This document shows positions 28,059 to 39,982 of a DNA stretch of 64,000 nucleotides, one piece after another; within the stretch, counting starts at the first letter, position 1; every line of letters begins with the position of its first letter. This stretch comes from Orbicella franksi (Eukaryota): contig OZ116711.1 of the NCBI GenBank assembly GCA_964199315.1, positions 23,002,001 to 23,066,000 on the forward strand, written 5' to 3'. The translations under genes were made by a program, and so were the position numbers. The notes under the pieces were generated by a model, which was not told the DNA's origin, did no database searches, and was given only the letters and a program-made list of their open reading frames with translations.

Positions 28059-31000
28059 ATGGCGGAGGGGAAATCGGCGGGAAAAGGCTCCTATGTTTCG
28101 CTGTCGATGGACGACGTGAAAGAATCGAAATCCATTGAAAAGGAGCATGAAGAAGAAGAAGAGAAAAAAAGAGATAATCCTCGTCCGGAAGAAACTCAAA
28201 GCGTCTTCGATGATTGTTTGAACGAGTTTAATGAAGTGTTCAGACGAAAAGTAAGTTGACCTTATCAAAGTTCTTATAAGGATATAAGTGCAATTTAGGG
28301 TTAGCTCGATGTTTACAAACACCAGTCTTACTAGCAAATGTGGAGCCCTCTTAACATATGTTTGATGCTCAAGATTTTCGAACAGCTGCAAGATCCATTG
28401 TTTTCACGGCCTTGAAATATACATGTGTACATGTGGCTCGCGGCCAACGCCAACTTATATCTCAATGACAGTGACCAACTCGACAGCTCATTGGCTACTT
28501 TGGTCACTGTACACAACTAAATATTGTTCTTCTAGTTATTTTCTATTTGTATTTTTTTAAAGTTGTTTTCTGTAAACAGTGTGCAATGATAAAAACTGAA
28601 CTGAAAACTGAAACTTAGCTGCATCTTGGGAGTGGCATGGGTTGGGGTGGGAATTTTGGGTGAGTGTACAAACAGGTCTTTTGAAAACCTAATTTCATAC
28701 CAAAATTATATGTGGTTTTATGTGTACCACTGACAATAATTTTAAAAGAGCACGCAATTCAAACCAATAGCAGTGTTTTAATGAGCATCATTGTTGGTGC
28801 CAAGTGGGTAGTGCTCTTCTGGAAGGAAATCTTGCAACCATACCTGCAAATAATGCCACATTTTTTACTTTATTCAGGTCCGAGATAAGTATTGCTCAGC
28901 AGAGAATATTTCCTGGAGTAGTGCAGCTGATGAAGTTAAAGCTGAACTGTTGACTGCTAGATACGAAGAGGGTGGCAGGAAACCTTGCGACGATCCTCTT
29001 CTATTGTTACTCAAGACATGGCCAGCAAGAGAGGAGTTTTGTGAGAATCCACAGTTAATAGAGGGACAGGTTTGTTTTCAATTCAAATTAAGTTATAGTT
29101 TGGACAGGAGAAGGAAAGGTTTCTGAGTTTGTAAAAATCTATCGGGTTATTTTTGGGGGTTGATAAATATTGACCATGTGGTATAGGTTTTATTTTAGAG
29201 TGTAAGTCATGGCTTCTTAACACCAGTCCCTGAGGTGTTCACTATCCTGAAGCGATAAATATTTTACAGTCTAACTTCTCCACAATGGCCACCTTAGGGT
29301 TAGAAGAAAATGGCAGTTGAATAGATGTGGCTGTTATGGGGAGGTTACAGGAGTAATAGGGCACCAGTTTTTCTCATGCTTGCAGTATTCTTACTTATAA
29401 AATGCTTATCATTGCATATAAATGTGTAACTCAATCAAAATATATAGATAAGACACAAACCAAACAGGAAGAGAGACCAATAACACGTGGTACAGACAAA
29501 GTTTCGTGACTTTTTACAATAAAAAGTGGAGTTTTGTACACACCAATTGCAAGTGAGTGATTAGAAACTGGCCATTTTCAAGAGGCTATTTTGGCAGTTG
29601 GGACCTGCTTTAGTGGCCATTGCCGTTGTTAAGAGGTGGCTATTGTAGAGGAGTTAAGATAATTTGAGTGAGTCATAATATGGACCGTCCGCTGGGCAAA
29701 ATAAAGAGGCCATTGTAAAGAGGTGGCCATTAGTGGAGGTTTGACTGTAATTTAAGAGTGAAATTAATAGTTTATAATGTAACTGTTATTTCAGAATGCA
29801 ATTCCACTTTTTCCAGGTAAATCGCCTTGTTTCAATAATCCTCAAGGAAGATAGAGCAGGAGACAGAAAGTACAAATACTTCAAGGACAAAGATGAGCTG
29901 TCCTGGAAGACTCCACTTCACTTGGTAGCAGAGCTAAACTACACAACTGTTGCTCAGACAATTTTATGTCACTACCCCGGGCAGTTATATATCACCACAA
30001 ATCCACATACTGGAACTAAAAATCGCAGATACATTCCTCTTGAATTGGCACTAATCAAGTACAATGATGAGGTATCTGCTTTGCTAATAGAGCACATGAA
30101 ACCTGAAAGGTACGTAGCCCATGTTGCAGGTGTGAATAAGAGCGGGCTAGGGGATGCAAAAGACACTAGGAAAAGGGGGAAAGTTCTTTCTCTCTCCCAA
30201 TTCCTCCTCCTCCTCCCCCCCTCCCCCCGCCACCTTCATCCCCGCTGGCATTCTGTCCCCCCTGTTTATGCCTGCTGCACTGTGGCTTAGTCACTATAAA
30301 TATAGCAGCATAATACAGGGATGGAGAGCCCACCAAGGAAAATACTAATTAGGCCAATAAGCAAACTTTTCTGGCCCTCTTTTCTCGACTGGTGCATCTT
30401 CAAAATGAAACTCAGTGAAATAAGTAAGTCAATGACTAAATAATTGGAGGAACAAAAGCTGTTACAGTACCTTCAGTAAAGCACTTTCCAGTTTCTATCA
30501 AACTGCACCTCACATGATTCAAAGCTTTCAATAAAATTTGATCTCTAATCACTAGTGTTTTTTTTCTATCACAAGAACCCTGCCTTATTTTAACTCTATG
30601 AATTTTGTTTAACTTTAGAGTCCTGAGGCTGTTTTCATGTAGTTTTCAAGACAATCCTGTCATCTTTCATGAGCTGGTGCAACACCCTAACATGAAGGTT
30701 AATTGATCTAGAATGATATACATATTAAATTTTATATTTATTATTAAGTCATTAATTAAGCGTAAATTTGGAAACAGTTTTACTAGCCGAAGGTTACTGT
30801 ATTGTCAAAACGTGTCACAATTGCCTTCAAATTAACACCTGAATTAATTCAGATGAAGATAACTTATTGATATTCATTATTATTCATTTATTCATCAACA
30901 ATGTCAATTGTTTTATTGATTGATCTATAAATAACTTTTAACCTGGAACAATCTAGCTCATTCCCCCCCCTCCTTAAGGGTCAACAGAGATACATTATTC

Positions 31001-34000
31001 TAATTTTATTTATACACAGTATTTAATCAACTCTTGCTACCTATCTTCCTATCTACAATCAAAGGATAAAAATTCCAAGAAAAATAAAAACTGCTTTTCA
31101 TGGAGGCTGGCAACTAAGTTTAGTCTTGAACTTGGTTAATGGAGTCGCTTGTCTTAGTTCAATAGGTAAGTTGTTCCATAATGAATTGAGCTCCATTGTA
31201 CAGAAAAAGAGAAGTTTTGGCATGTACGGATGGTAAAGCACATTAGATCATGTATTTTAATGAATTTTGTGCCATATAAGTAATAAAATTATTATTATTA
31301 TTGATGGTACACTGTAACCATTTTTTCTGCAGAAAACTGTTGTTGCTGTGCTCAATTGCATGGTCAGCCCTGACTGGCGACACTTACCCAAACGTAAAGA
31401 TGATTATTCTAAACAATTGAAAAAGGACATTGAACTAGCCTGGAGTTCAGAACCAAGTGATCCCATAAGTTATCAGTTTCACTATAAAATTGTGGATGGT
31501 GATGATTGTGGAAGAGATCCTGCACATGATGACTTTAATTGGAAGACAAAATCATGCCTCTTCCTGATTGCTAACAGCAGAAATAAGGTGGCTTTAAAAT
31601 GTGACTAATTTTGGAATATTTCTCTAGTTTACTGTTTCTGAGTTTGTTTAGAAACTCAAATTTCATTTCTTGTTTCCAATGAATGCAGGAAGCTATCCAA
31701 CATCCAGTTATCAGACAGCTGGTGAAGAGGAAGTGGATAAAATATGGTCATTTCTGGTTCAGGTATTGACATGTACAATTATTAGGTAAAAAAAAGTCTG
31801 CGTACTGAAGTCAGGTGGCCCATTAGAACAGAGCTTATCCCGGTTTCTGTAGCATGAAGTGATTAGGAGTATTTCTACTTCTCCCTGGATGGGATGCAAG
31901 TGCCCAACTACTAGTCCATCACAGGGTTGCCCCCAGCATTAAATTCATACACCTGGGTGGAGAGAGGTGCCATGAGAGTAGAGTGTCTTGCCCAAGAACA
32001 ACACAATGTCCTTGGCCAGGGCTCAAACTCCGGGACCATTCAATTTAGAGATGAGCCAACTAACCATGAGGCCAAGTCTCCCACAATTATTAAATATTGG
32101 AAATTATTGAGGAGAACAGGTGTGCCAAACTAGGATAAATGGTGACCAATTTCCTAAACAACAAGCACTGAAGGCACAAGCTTCTCCCAGAAACTGTTTT
32201 GGATTTTAACTCCCTAAAGACCCCTTTCCTGGGTTTCTGACTCATTCTGAAAAATCTAACTGATTTCCATAAAACTGTAGAAACAGGTAGGGATCTGCGC
32301 CTGGCGAATCAATCTTTCAGACTGGCACGAGAACTGATTTCAGTTGAAATTGAAAACTAGTATAGTTTAAGTTTGTTGTCAGTAGTAACTGTGAGGCCCT
32401 ATTAGGGGTTTTCGGGATATGGGTTGCTGAGGTAAAAAAGTAATGGAAGACAGGATATTTGGGGGAGAAATTAATGGGGTATAGTGTAGGAGAATCTTTA
32501 ATTTTTGCAGTTGGAATGAAACAGATACTGGATATTTAGACCAAAAGTTAATGGGACATGGGATACTTGGACCCCCTACCCCCTAACTGGGTGTTAACTG
32601 TTTACCAGTATAATACAACCACAGTAAATATTCAGGGTCATGCTGCCCTATACACGCATTGCAGACCCATGTATCTTGCCTGCCAATACTGTGTTGCTTT
32701 CTGTAGCCTTTTGGCAGGCCTCTACTTGATGTACCTATTGCTGTTGTCATTCACATTACTGTATGGCGCAACTAAAGCAGACCCTACACAGTATAAGGAC
32801 AATGCAGATGGATTGAGAATGGTCTGCGAGATCTTTGTTGTGTTGTGTATTGTGGCCTATATTGCTGATGAGATCAACGAGATTGAAAAGTAAGTAATTG
32901 TTGACTGCAAAACAGTCAGTTTTTCGCAAGCTTTCTCTTAAATTGCCAATACGTAATTCCCAAATGTCGCAGTTTTTGCTTTGGCATTTCACCCCCCGAG
33001 GCAGGGGGAACTTCCTTATGAAAAGGTCGAGGGTACTCAAGGGGTACTCGACGTCTCGCTTAGGAGTATAAATCAAGGGTTCTTATCTCACTTAGGGTGC
33101 TCATGACGAAACACCACTATTTTTAGCTGTCAAAGTATCTTTAAGGGTGCACACAAAGAAAGTGAAATAGTAATGAAAACGCTCATATTTCCGTTTTTTA
33201 GGCTCGATTTCCGCCGGTCTCTCTAGTCCGGTCTACTGGTACGGGGTCGCATCTCTTCCGTTTTAAGTGAGATCTTTTAGGGGTCAAACAAAGGTCAAAC
33301 CACGCTCAGATTGGTTTCCTTTCGGGGTTTAATTCAAGTTTTCCGACGACCATTCCCGACCTTTTCATACGGGAGTTCCCTCTCCCGGGATTACACTCTC
33401 AGTGATTGTGCACTGGTCACTAAAGAAAGTTATTGCCACTTTGAGGGGAAAAAAAGCTGACTTAATACCATTTACATTAAAAGAAGACAGCCGTAAGTAG
33501 ACCAGTCAACAACAACGCTTAAAATATCAGCTGCTTTTTTCTTAATATATCTAAAATGGAGATTAATGGAACTTATCAAATCTAAGCTGACGATTTTTAA
33601 ATAAGTTTAAGGTTACTTCAGTTGTCGTCTTCTTGGAGCACTCAATTCTTCTCCCTTTTAAAGAGACGTTATGCTGGGTGGCAGGCACTGAACTGGCAGT
33701 CTGTCCACACACCCTTAGTATTTTGTCTTGTGTTCGTCCGAGATCGCAAGCAAAATATAAACGCGGCGCGTGGGATATTAACGAGCTAAAACCCAAAGAG
33801 GTGGAGGAAAAAAATCACAGGGAAAAAAACGTCTCTGGAGGACTAGTAGAAGGGTGAATTTATATTCGAGCGCAAAGCACGAGCGGGCGAATTCGACTTT
33901 GCCTGTCTCCCTCCCCTTTTAAACACCTGCCAGGCAGACCAAGCAAATTCCATACTGACGACGAAGTTCTACAGAGATCCGTGTAGCGTCTCTGATTGGT

Positions 34001-37000
34001 CGATACCTGCGCGCGAAAATTCAAAACCGATCAACAACCAATCAGAGTCTGGAGATTTACGTCATCAGTTCAAAATTTTACGGGTCCAGTCTCCGACGAA
34101 AAGAGAAATTACTTTTCTGAGTAAATAGTAGATTTATTTTAATTTTTTCTTGTTTCCTATACAGGGAACGCTTGAGTTATTTCAAACGACCACAGATTTA
34201 CTTCAATCTGTTTGACTGGCTTGGATTAATCCTAATTCTTATTGTCATTCCTCTTCGTTTTTCGAGACACGAAGCGCAGTGGTTTGTCGCTTCCCTCGGC
34301 TTTTTCTTCAATGTCCTTAGACTGCTAAAGTATTCTTGTATCACTCGGTAAGTCGCTGCAGTAATTAGGCGAAAACGTTTTGTTCAAGGTTGCCTTTACC
34401 CAACATATTGTTTCCGCCTTCCACTCAAAGTGAAAGTAAGTTTAAGCAAACTAGAATTGGCAGTAGCTCTCTGAACGTCGCCAATGAAAAGGTTTAATGA
34501 ACTGAAAAGTTGCATTGCACATACATTGTACATCTTTGTACGTTTCTGAGCCCTCCTTTGCAAACAAAAGCAGCTTCGATGCCATCTTCATATTAGAAAG
34601 CTTATGCAAACCACGACGGCAATGGCAACGGTAACACAAACGTCACCAAACGAAAGGTTCAATGAGCAGAACAATGGCTGTACACGTGCGTTGTAGTGAA
34701 ATCTTTGCACATTTCTTCGCCGTTTTATGTACAACAACAACGTGAAATGATATTCTGCGTATTTTGAAAACGCGAACGAGGGCGGCTAATTTTCGTATTT
34801 TCATTTGGAACTAAAAGGCGATGTTACATAATTAGCTTGAGCAAATTCTGAGACCAATAGGCGCACTGAACAGATCTTGACACTTGCGAAATTCGAAACT
34901 CTCTTGTTTTATTTTGCATTATCTTCCTTGCGCTATTTATGTATTCGTATGTTTGTTTATTTGTTTATCTATATATTTTGCAGGGCAACAGGTCTTTACA
35001 CGAAGACACTAGCCAGGATTGTGTATCGCGACATTTCTCGCTTCACCTGCGTATTCCTGGTCGTTTTTCTGGCATTTTGTGGAGCGTTTTTCTTGTCGCT
35101 ACGAGCAGCCAGCGCGGTGCAAATATTTGGGTAAAGTCGGCTTTAGTTTACCGCGTCTTTTTGTGTTTGTAGAAGTCGTGGTGGAAAGAAACACGTTTTG
35201 CTTTGCACCTACGCTCGTAAAAACATTCAAAATACTGCTCAAAGGATTTTTGATTTTTACTAACCAATCACAGAATATCACACACGAGGACACACAAAGC
35301 GTGCTAAATGCTGGCACGTCAGACTTGACGTCATAAAGATATGCTATTTTGCTTGGCAACCTAATGTTAAGGAAACATTACGACGCTTACAATAGTCGAT
35401 TCTTGAGGACTGGATTCAAATCAAAAATAGCCGTTCCTCGAGTGGCTTAGGATCAAGTTGGTTTTCTAATGAGCAGGACAGGAATTTGTGGTAGGTAGAC
35501 TCAACGAAGCTAACTGAGTTTTCGCTGTTATTTTCTTTCCGTCAGTGGATTTAAGATGGTGATGTTAAGTGGTGTTAGAGCACTTGTGGAACAACAACCA
35601 GTAGCCGACGATTACACGAAATACAAGTAAGTCTGACGCTAAGCTTGCCAGGCAGAAGTAAGAACAACCTTTTACAGTATTGTAAACAGCACCACATGAA
35701 AGTACTGCTCAGTAGCTTTCATTTGAATGGTCACACACTAGGGTTTCATACACAGACTTTAAAGTAGCATAATGTACAGTACCACATGAAAGTACTGCTC
35801 AATAGCTTTCATTCGACGGGTCATTCATTGAGGTTTGATCCACAGGCTTAAAAGTTAGAACCACCTTACACAGCATATTAAAAATTACCAGATGAAAGTA
35901 CTGCTCAGTAGCTTTCACTTGTTATCCAAGTTAGGACAACAAACACCTGGCTGAGAGTCCAAGCTCTTGTTTGCAACATAAGCGTAAGGTTATGTCTGCG
36001 TACGAGCCAAGTGGCTCATCAGACCGGAGGTTATCTCGGTTTTAGTAGCATTAAGCGACTAGGAGTATTTCTACTCTCCCCCCCCCCCCCCCTGGATGGG
36101 ATGCTAGTCCATCGCAGGGTTACCCCCCAGCATGAAATTCGCCGGTACCCAGTTATACACCTGGGTGGAGAGAGGGAGAGAGGCGCTGTGGGAGTAAAGT
36201 GTCTTGCCCAAGAACACAACACAATGTCCCCGGCCAGGGCTCGAATCCAACCATGAGGCCACCGCACCTCTCACTTTGCAACATAAGATATTCAGTTAAT
36301 ATTCTCTTTGTGTTCTAAGATGGCTACCAGTGTTGGTGATTCTGTTGTACATGGTGGCAGTGGTGGTGATACTCTTGAATATTCTTATCGCTCAGATGAG
36401 CAGCACTTATTCCGAAGCCAAGAAAACAGCCAGACTACAATATGACGTGGATAGAATGCTGATTATAACGAGACTAGAACACAGCAGGTTCCAGAAATTT
36501 GTAAGTTGAGTAGTTTTCCTTGGACTGCCAGGCTAAACTTAAATTAAAACAATATCAGAGTTGCTTAAGTTTTAAGTTATCCGATTGTGTAACTAAGTAA
36601 ATAATTGGTTGATAAAATTTCCATAAATCGGTCTCAATTGTTTTTCCGCGGTCTATAGCACTGGTTACATACGTTTTCCCGCGCAGGCAACCGGTATACG
36701 TTTTAACGCGGTTAGCGCCGGTAATATATGTTTTCCCGCGCACAAAATCCGTTCACATGTTTTCCCACGCCTAGCACTGGTTACAGTTGTTTTCCCGCGC
36801 TAAAAACCGGTCACGTTTTCCCGCGGTTAGCACTGGTTACATGTTTTCCTGCTCTCAACGACTCGCCCTGTCGCCAGCTCCGTGAGCGGGCAAGATGAAT
36901 CAAATCCTGCGCTATGATTGGCTACCTGAGCGGGCAAGATGGAGCTATCTTATCCGCTCGGGACTACCCGCCGTGTCCCGCAAGAAAAATTTCTCGGAAA

Positions 37001-37738
37001 GCCATACAATAAATCCTTTATTGACCAAGCTTGTTCGGTCAAGATGGCTGGATATCGGCCTCGTTCTTTTTTTGCGTTGGCCAATATCCAGCCATCTCGG
37101 CTTGACCTCACACTTGGTCAATAACCCATATATATTCCCTTCCTTTACGATACCAGGTAAGCTTCCTATGAAGTTTGTTTAAAATCAAGTCAAAATTATT
37201 GCCAATCTCTTTTTGACTAAGCTCATTTTCTCTCGTTCTTTCCAGAATCTACGTTTGAAGCACTACCAAGAGGACGACATTATAGACGAAATGACCTTAG
37301 CAAAAGGTACGAAAGACATAAACGAAAGTCTAGGCTAAATCGACGAGTTCTGGGCTCCTATAAATTCCGGTTCTTCTCCATCTTGTCAGTGCCATCACTT
37401 GATAACGCCCGCTAGCACGCGCTTTAGGTCTTAAAAACCATTGCGGATTAAGTGCCGTTTCTGCGAAACAGTTTTAAGTTGATGAAAATGCGAGTTTAAT
37501 TTTTTTCGTTTTTTCCTTCTCGTAGATTTCCTAGAGTACAATGACGATAGGTCACCTTGGGAGACAGTTGAGGAGAAACTGGATGAAATCAGGTTTACAT
37601 CCGGATATTTCTTTGCTTTGGTAATTCATTTCCAGAGTCGTGTGTATTTTAACGAGATATTTTGCTTTTCTTTATAGGAATATTATGCAGAAGATCATTA
37701 AAAGAATTCCACTGCTTGACGAAGATAAAGAAAAATAA
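28059..37738 (+). CDS. TRP cation channel, TRPV-like (short ankyrin N-terminus + 6 TM), 14 exons, about 682 aa
   Basis: In-frame GT-AG exons: 28059-28250, 28878-29069, 29817-30109, 30619-30697, 31333-31587, 31689-31762, 32707-32889, 34165-34347, 34984-35130, 35546-35626, 36320-36500, 37246-37306, 37526-37592, 37678-37738 (total 2049 nt). Motifs: ankyrin-like KTPLHLVAELNY, pre-S1 HPVIRQLVKRKW, S3 FNLFDWLG, S4-S5 GLYTKTLARIVYRDISRF, S6 ILLNILIAQMSSTY. Confidence 0.92.
29267..29747. mobile_element. Tc1/mariner (pogo/Tigger-type) MITE in TRP intron 2
   Basis: TA|CAGTCTAACTTCTCCACAATGGCCACCT ... AGGTGGCCATTAGTGGAGGTTTGACTG|TA: TIRs plus a TA target-site duplication. Confidence 0.8.
31790..32085 (-). 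mobile_element. SINE family B, copy 1
   Basis: Reverse-strand match to 40690-40947. Shared core cacctgggtggagagagg...gtcttgcccaagaacacaac. Confidence 0.8.
32994..33389. mobile_element. MITE-like element in TRP intron; related fragments at about 4350-4600 and 25770-26090
   Basis: Inverted ends gggggaacttccttatgaaaagg / ccttttcatacgggagttccc. Confidence 0.6.
34440..34875. repeat. Interspersed repeat (gacggcaatggcaacg-type) in TRP intron
   Basis: Non-coding block with the characteristic acgacggcaatggcaacggtaacacaaacgtcaccaaacgaaagg motif. The family was recognised by pattern only. Confidence 0.5.
35690..35918. repeat. Three spaced copies of atgaaagtactgctca(g/a)tagctttca
   Basis: Copies at about 35697, 35807 and 35893 within a TRP intron. 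Confidence 0.8.
35988..36275 (-). mobile_element. SINE family B, copy 2
   Basis: Same sequence as the 31790-32085 and 40690-40947 copies. Confidence 0.8.
36640..36850. repeat. Degenerate ~27-bp tandem repeat (ctggttacatgttttcccgcgc); related stretch at about 3195-3265
   Basis: About 7 degenerate units visible. Confidence 0.75.
36860..37132. repeat. Interspersed repeat (gagcgggcaagatg ... ggtcaataacccatata)
   Basis: Internal direct repeat gagcgggcaagatg and internal inverted match gatggctggatat/atatccagccatc. Its ORFs are spurious. Confidence 0.55.
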
Positions 37739-37756
37739 AGTAGCCAATGTTTAGAG

Positions 37757-37935
37757 GAGCAGAGATGGCGCAGTGGTGAGAGCGCTCACCTCCCACCAGT
37801 GAGGCCCGGGTTCGATGCCGGCCCGGTGCCATATTTGGGTTGAGTTTGTTGTTGTTGTTCCGAGGGCTTTTCTCCGGGTTCTCCAAATTTCAATTCGACA
37901 AGGATAGAAGACCCACATGAAAACCAGCCGGCTAA
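37757..37935 (+). mobile_element. tRNA-derived SINE (family A), copy 2
   Basis: A box TGGCGCAGTGG (37766-37776), B-box-like GGTTCGATGCC. Body matches 7433-7612. Confidence 0.85.
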
Positions 37936-39982
37936 GGCTAATGCTTAAGAAACTAAACGTCAAGAACAGTAATGGGAAATTTGTTTCCTTCAGGGAAATA
38001 CGAAATACTCAACAATTTCGTCTATGAACAGGGTTACGTCTATGAACGATAAACAGTGCGCTGTATATAACTCCACTCTGGTACTTGTACTGTGGCCCTG
38101 TCGACACCAAAAAGGCAACGGGACGAAATATTTAACTTGTACTAGAGAAGTCAAAGAACGACATCAAATTTGATAAATAGTGTTTGGTGATAGCCGATGT
38201 TACTCACAGGTTTGAAAACTTTGAACTTGGCTCAATTTGTAGCGAAATATGCTTTACGTAAGGGTAATGAAATGGCTCAAAAATTAAAAATAAATAACAA
38301 CAGCAAACGCGTCTCTGATCAATTGCTTTATTATTCGATGTTTTGCTGTATTATCGTAACATGTACATCACTCAAAAATAATTAGAGCTCAATCTCCTGC
38401 TTTTCCTTGCCAGTCTAATCTTGATAGTAGGACACCTGAAAACAATTCAGTTGCTCTCGACGGAGGTACAGTTTAATAGTTTATAGCTCAGGAGTCCTTC
38501 TTTGGTTCGTCACGCAACGATTAGCGTCGTGTCACTGCCGGAGTGAAGCGTAACCTGACGGCCTAACAAAGTGCTGTGAAAGAGACTAACCCACGGGAAA
38601 ATTTGCTCAAGAATAGAATTGGTGCAGTGGAATTTTGCAGTATACGGTTGGCGTAGATGAAAGCATTGAAGCGTTAGTGAATAAGGTTAACGTTTCTTGA
38701 TAATTCCCTTAATTGTGTGGACAATTTGATCCACTTCTGGGTTAGCCTTGAACTCCAGTGTCCCACTCACGTGGAAGATTCTTTTGGGTACACGATCATC
38801 CAGCCATTGATCAGGGGCGCGTACCTGCCTTTGAGAGACCTATGAAAGGGGGACCTGGTGCCGAAACGAGGTTGCATTGTCTTACTTATATTCAGGTCAT
38901 ATTACAAAAGCACGTGATCTAAGATTATGCAGTGAGTCACGCTTACTCATCGCTGAGACATTTTTGGAGAAATTCTATAGAACCAACCCACAAGAAAAGT
39001 AAGTTACTATAGCTTTGTTTAGAGCAAAGGGTTAATGCGTGTGGTATATGTATTTGGCAGTTGTTGTCAGTGGTAGTTGCTTCTCACCGATGCGTTACTC
39101 CGAGCTGTTGTCATTAAAATCTGACACGCATTAGAGGTACATAAATGATGAAAAATAGTTTAAGATAAATTTGGCAAATGATGCGAAGGCAGACGCGACT
39201 ACGCGATCTAAATTCTCTGATTTCTCTTGGGGTGAAGCAAAACTTAACGAAAACTTAATTTTCCAGATAAAAATTAATTAAAAGAAACAAACAGCAACAA
39301 ATCCTCGCTACCAAATCAAGATCGAGGGTCATATGACACGACTCTGGGTGCCAGATGTAATTTCTGTCACTTCGCTGGAGAACTTTTAAAACGCAGCTTT
39401 TTTTCCAAAGTTAGACCTACCGCGGTCCAACTAATATATCACGAGAACAGGAATTTGAAAACGCCGGCTGTGCGTTTTAGTCACGGTGAACGGAAAGCAT
39501 TTTGAAAACGGATCTTTTCGAAAACGATGACCTCACGACAATCATGTGACTTCCCCGCTGGAGTTTTCCTCAAACACAACATGATCTAAAATGACCGGCG
39601 ATTGTTGCGTTTTCAAATTCCTCCAGCGTCGTGTTGCGAACAAACCGCAGATCTTAATTTGTTATAGGCCATTTAAACAGAAAAGATAATTTTTATCGGA
39701 CAATTTTTTTTACTGAAATCAAATAAAGCTGTGCAAACAAAAAAATTAAAATCTTGAGTTTTATTACTTGACTGAACCTCTCGTAATTTTTCATGTTCAA
39801 AATGTTACACTGCAGATGAGTTTGATCTTTAATTAATGGCATCATCTTTTTAATTTCTGTTTTTCATGACTGCTAGCCATACCGTTCTTTGTTCAAGTGT
39901 ATTACGTATACCTTGACGCGATACCTGTTTATTCACAGGTTTTTCAGTTACATCTTCTTCGTAAGCAGTGTGACAAAGTACC

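Noticed and set aside
39255-39332. Hydrophobic mini-ORF MTLDLDLVARICCCLFLLINFYLEN (- strand) as a signal-peptide exon for the 38.7-39.1 kb candidate
   Set aside because: It ends in an in-frame TAA before any usable donor site.
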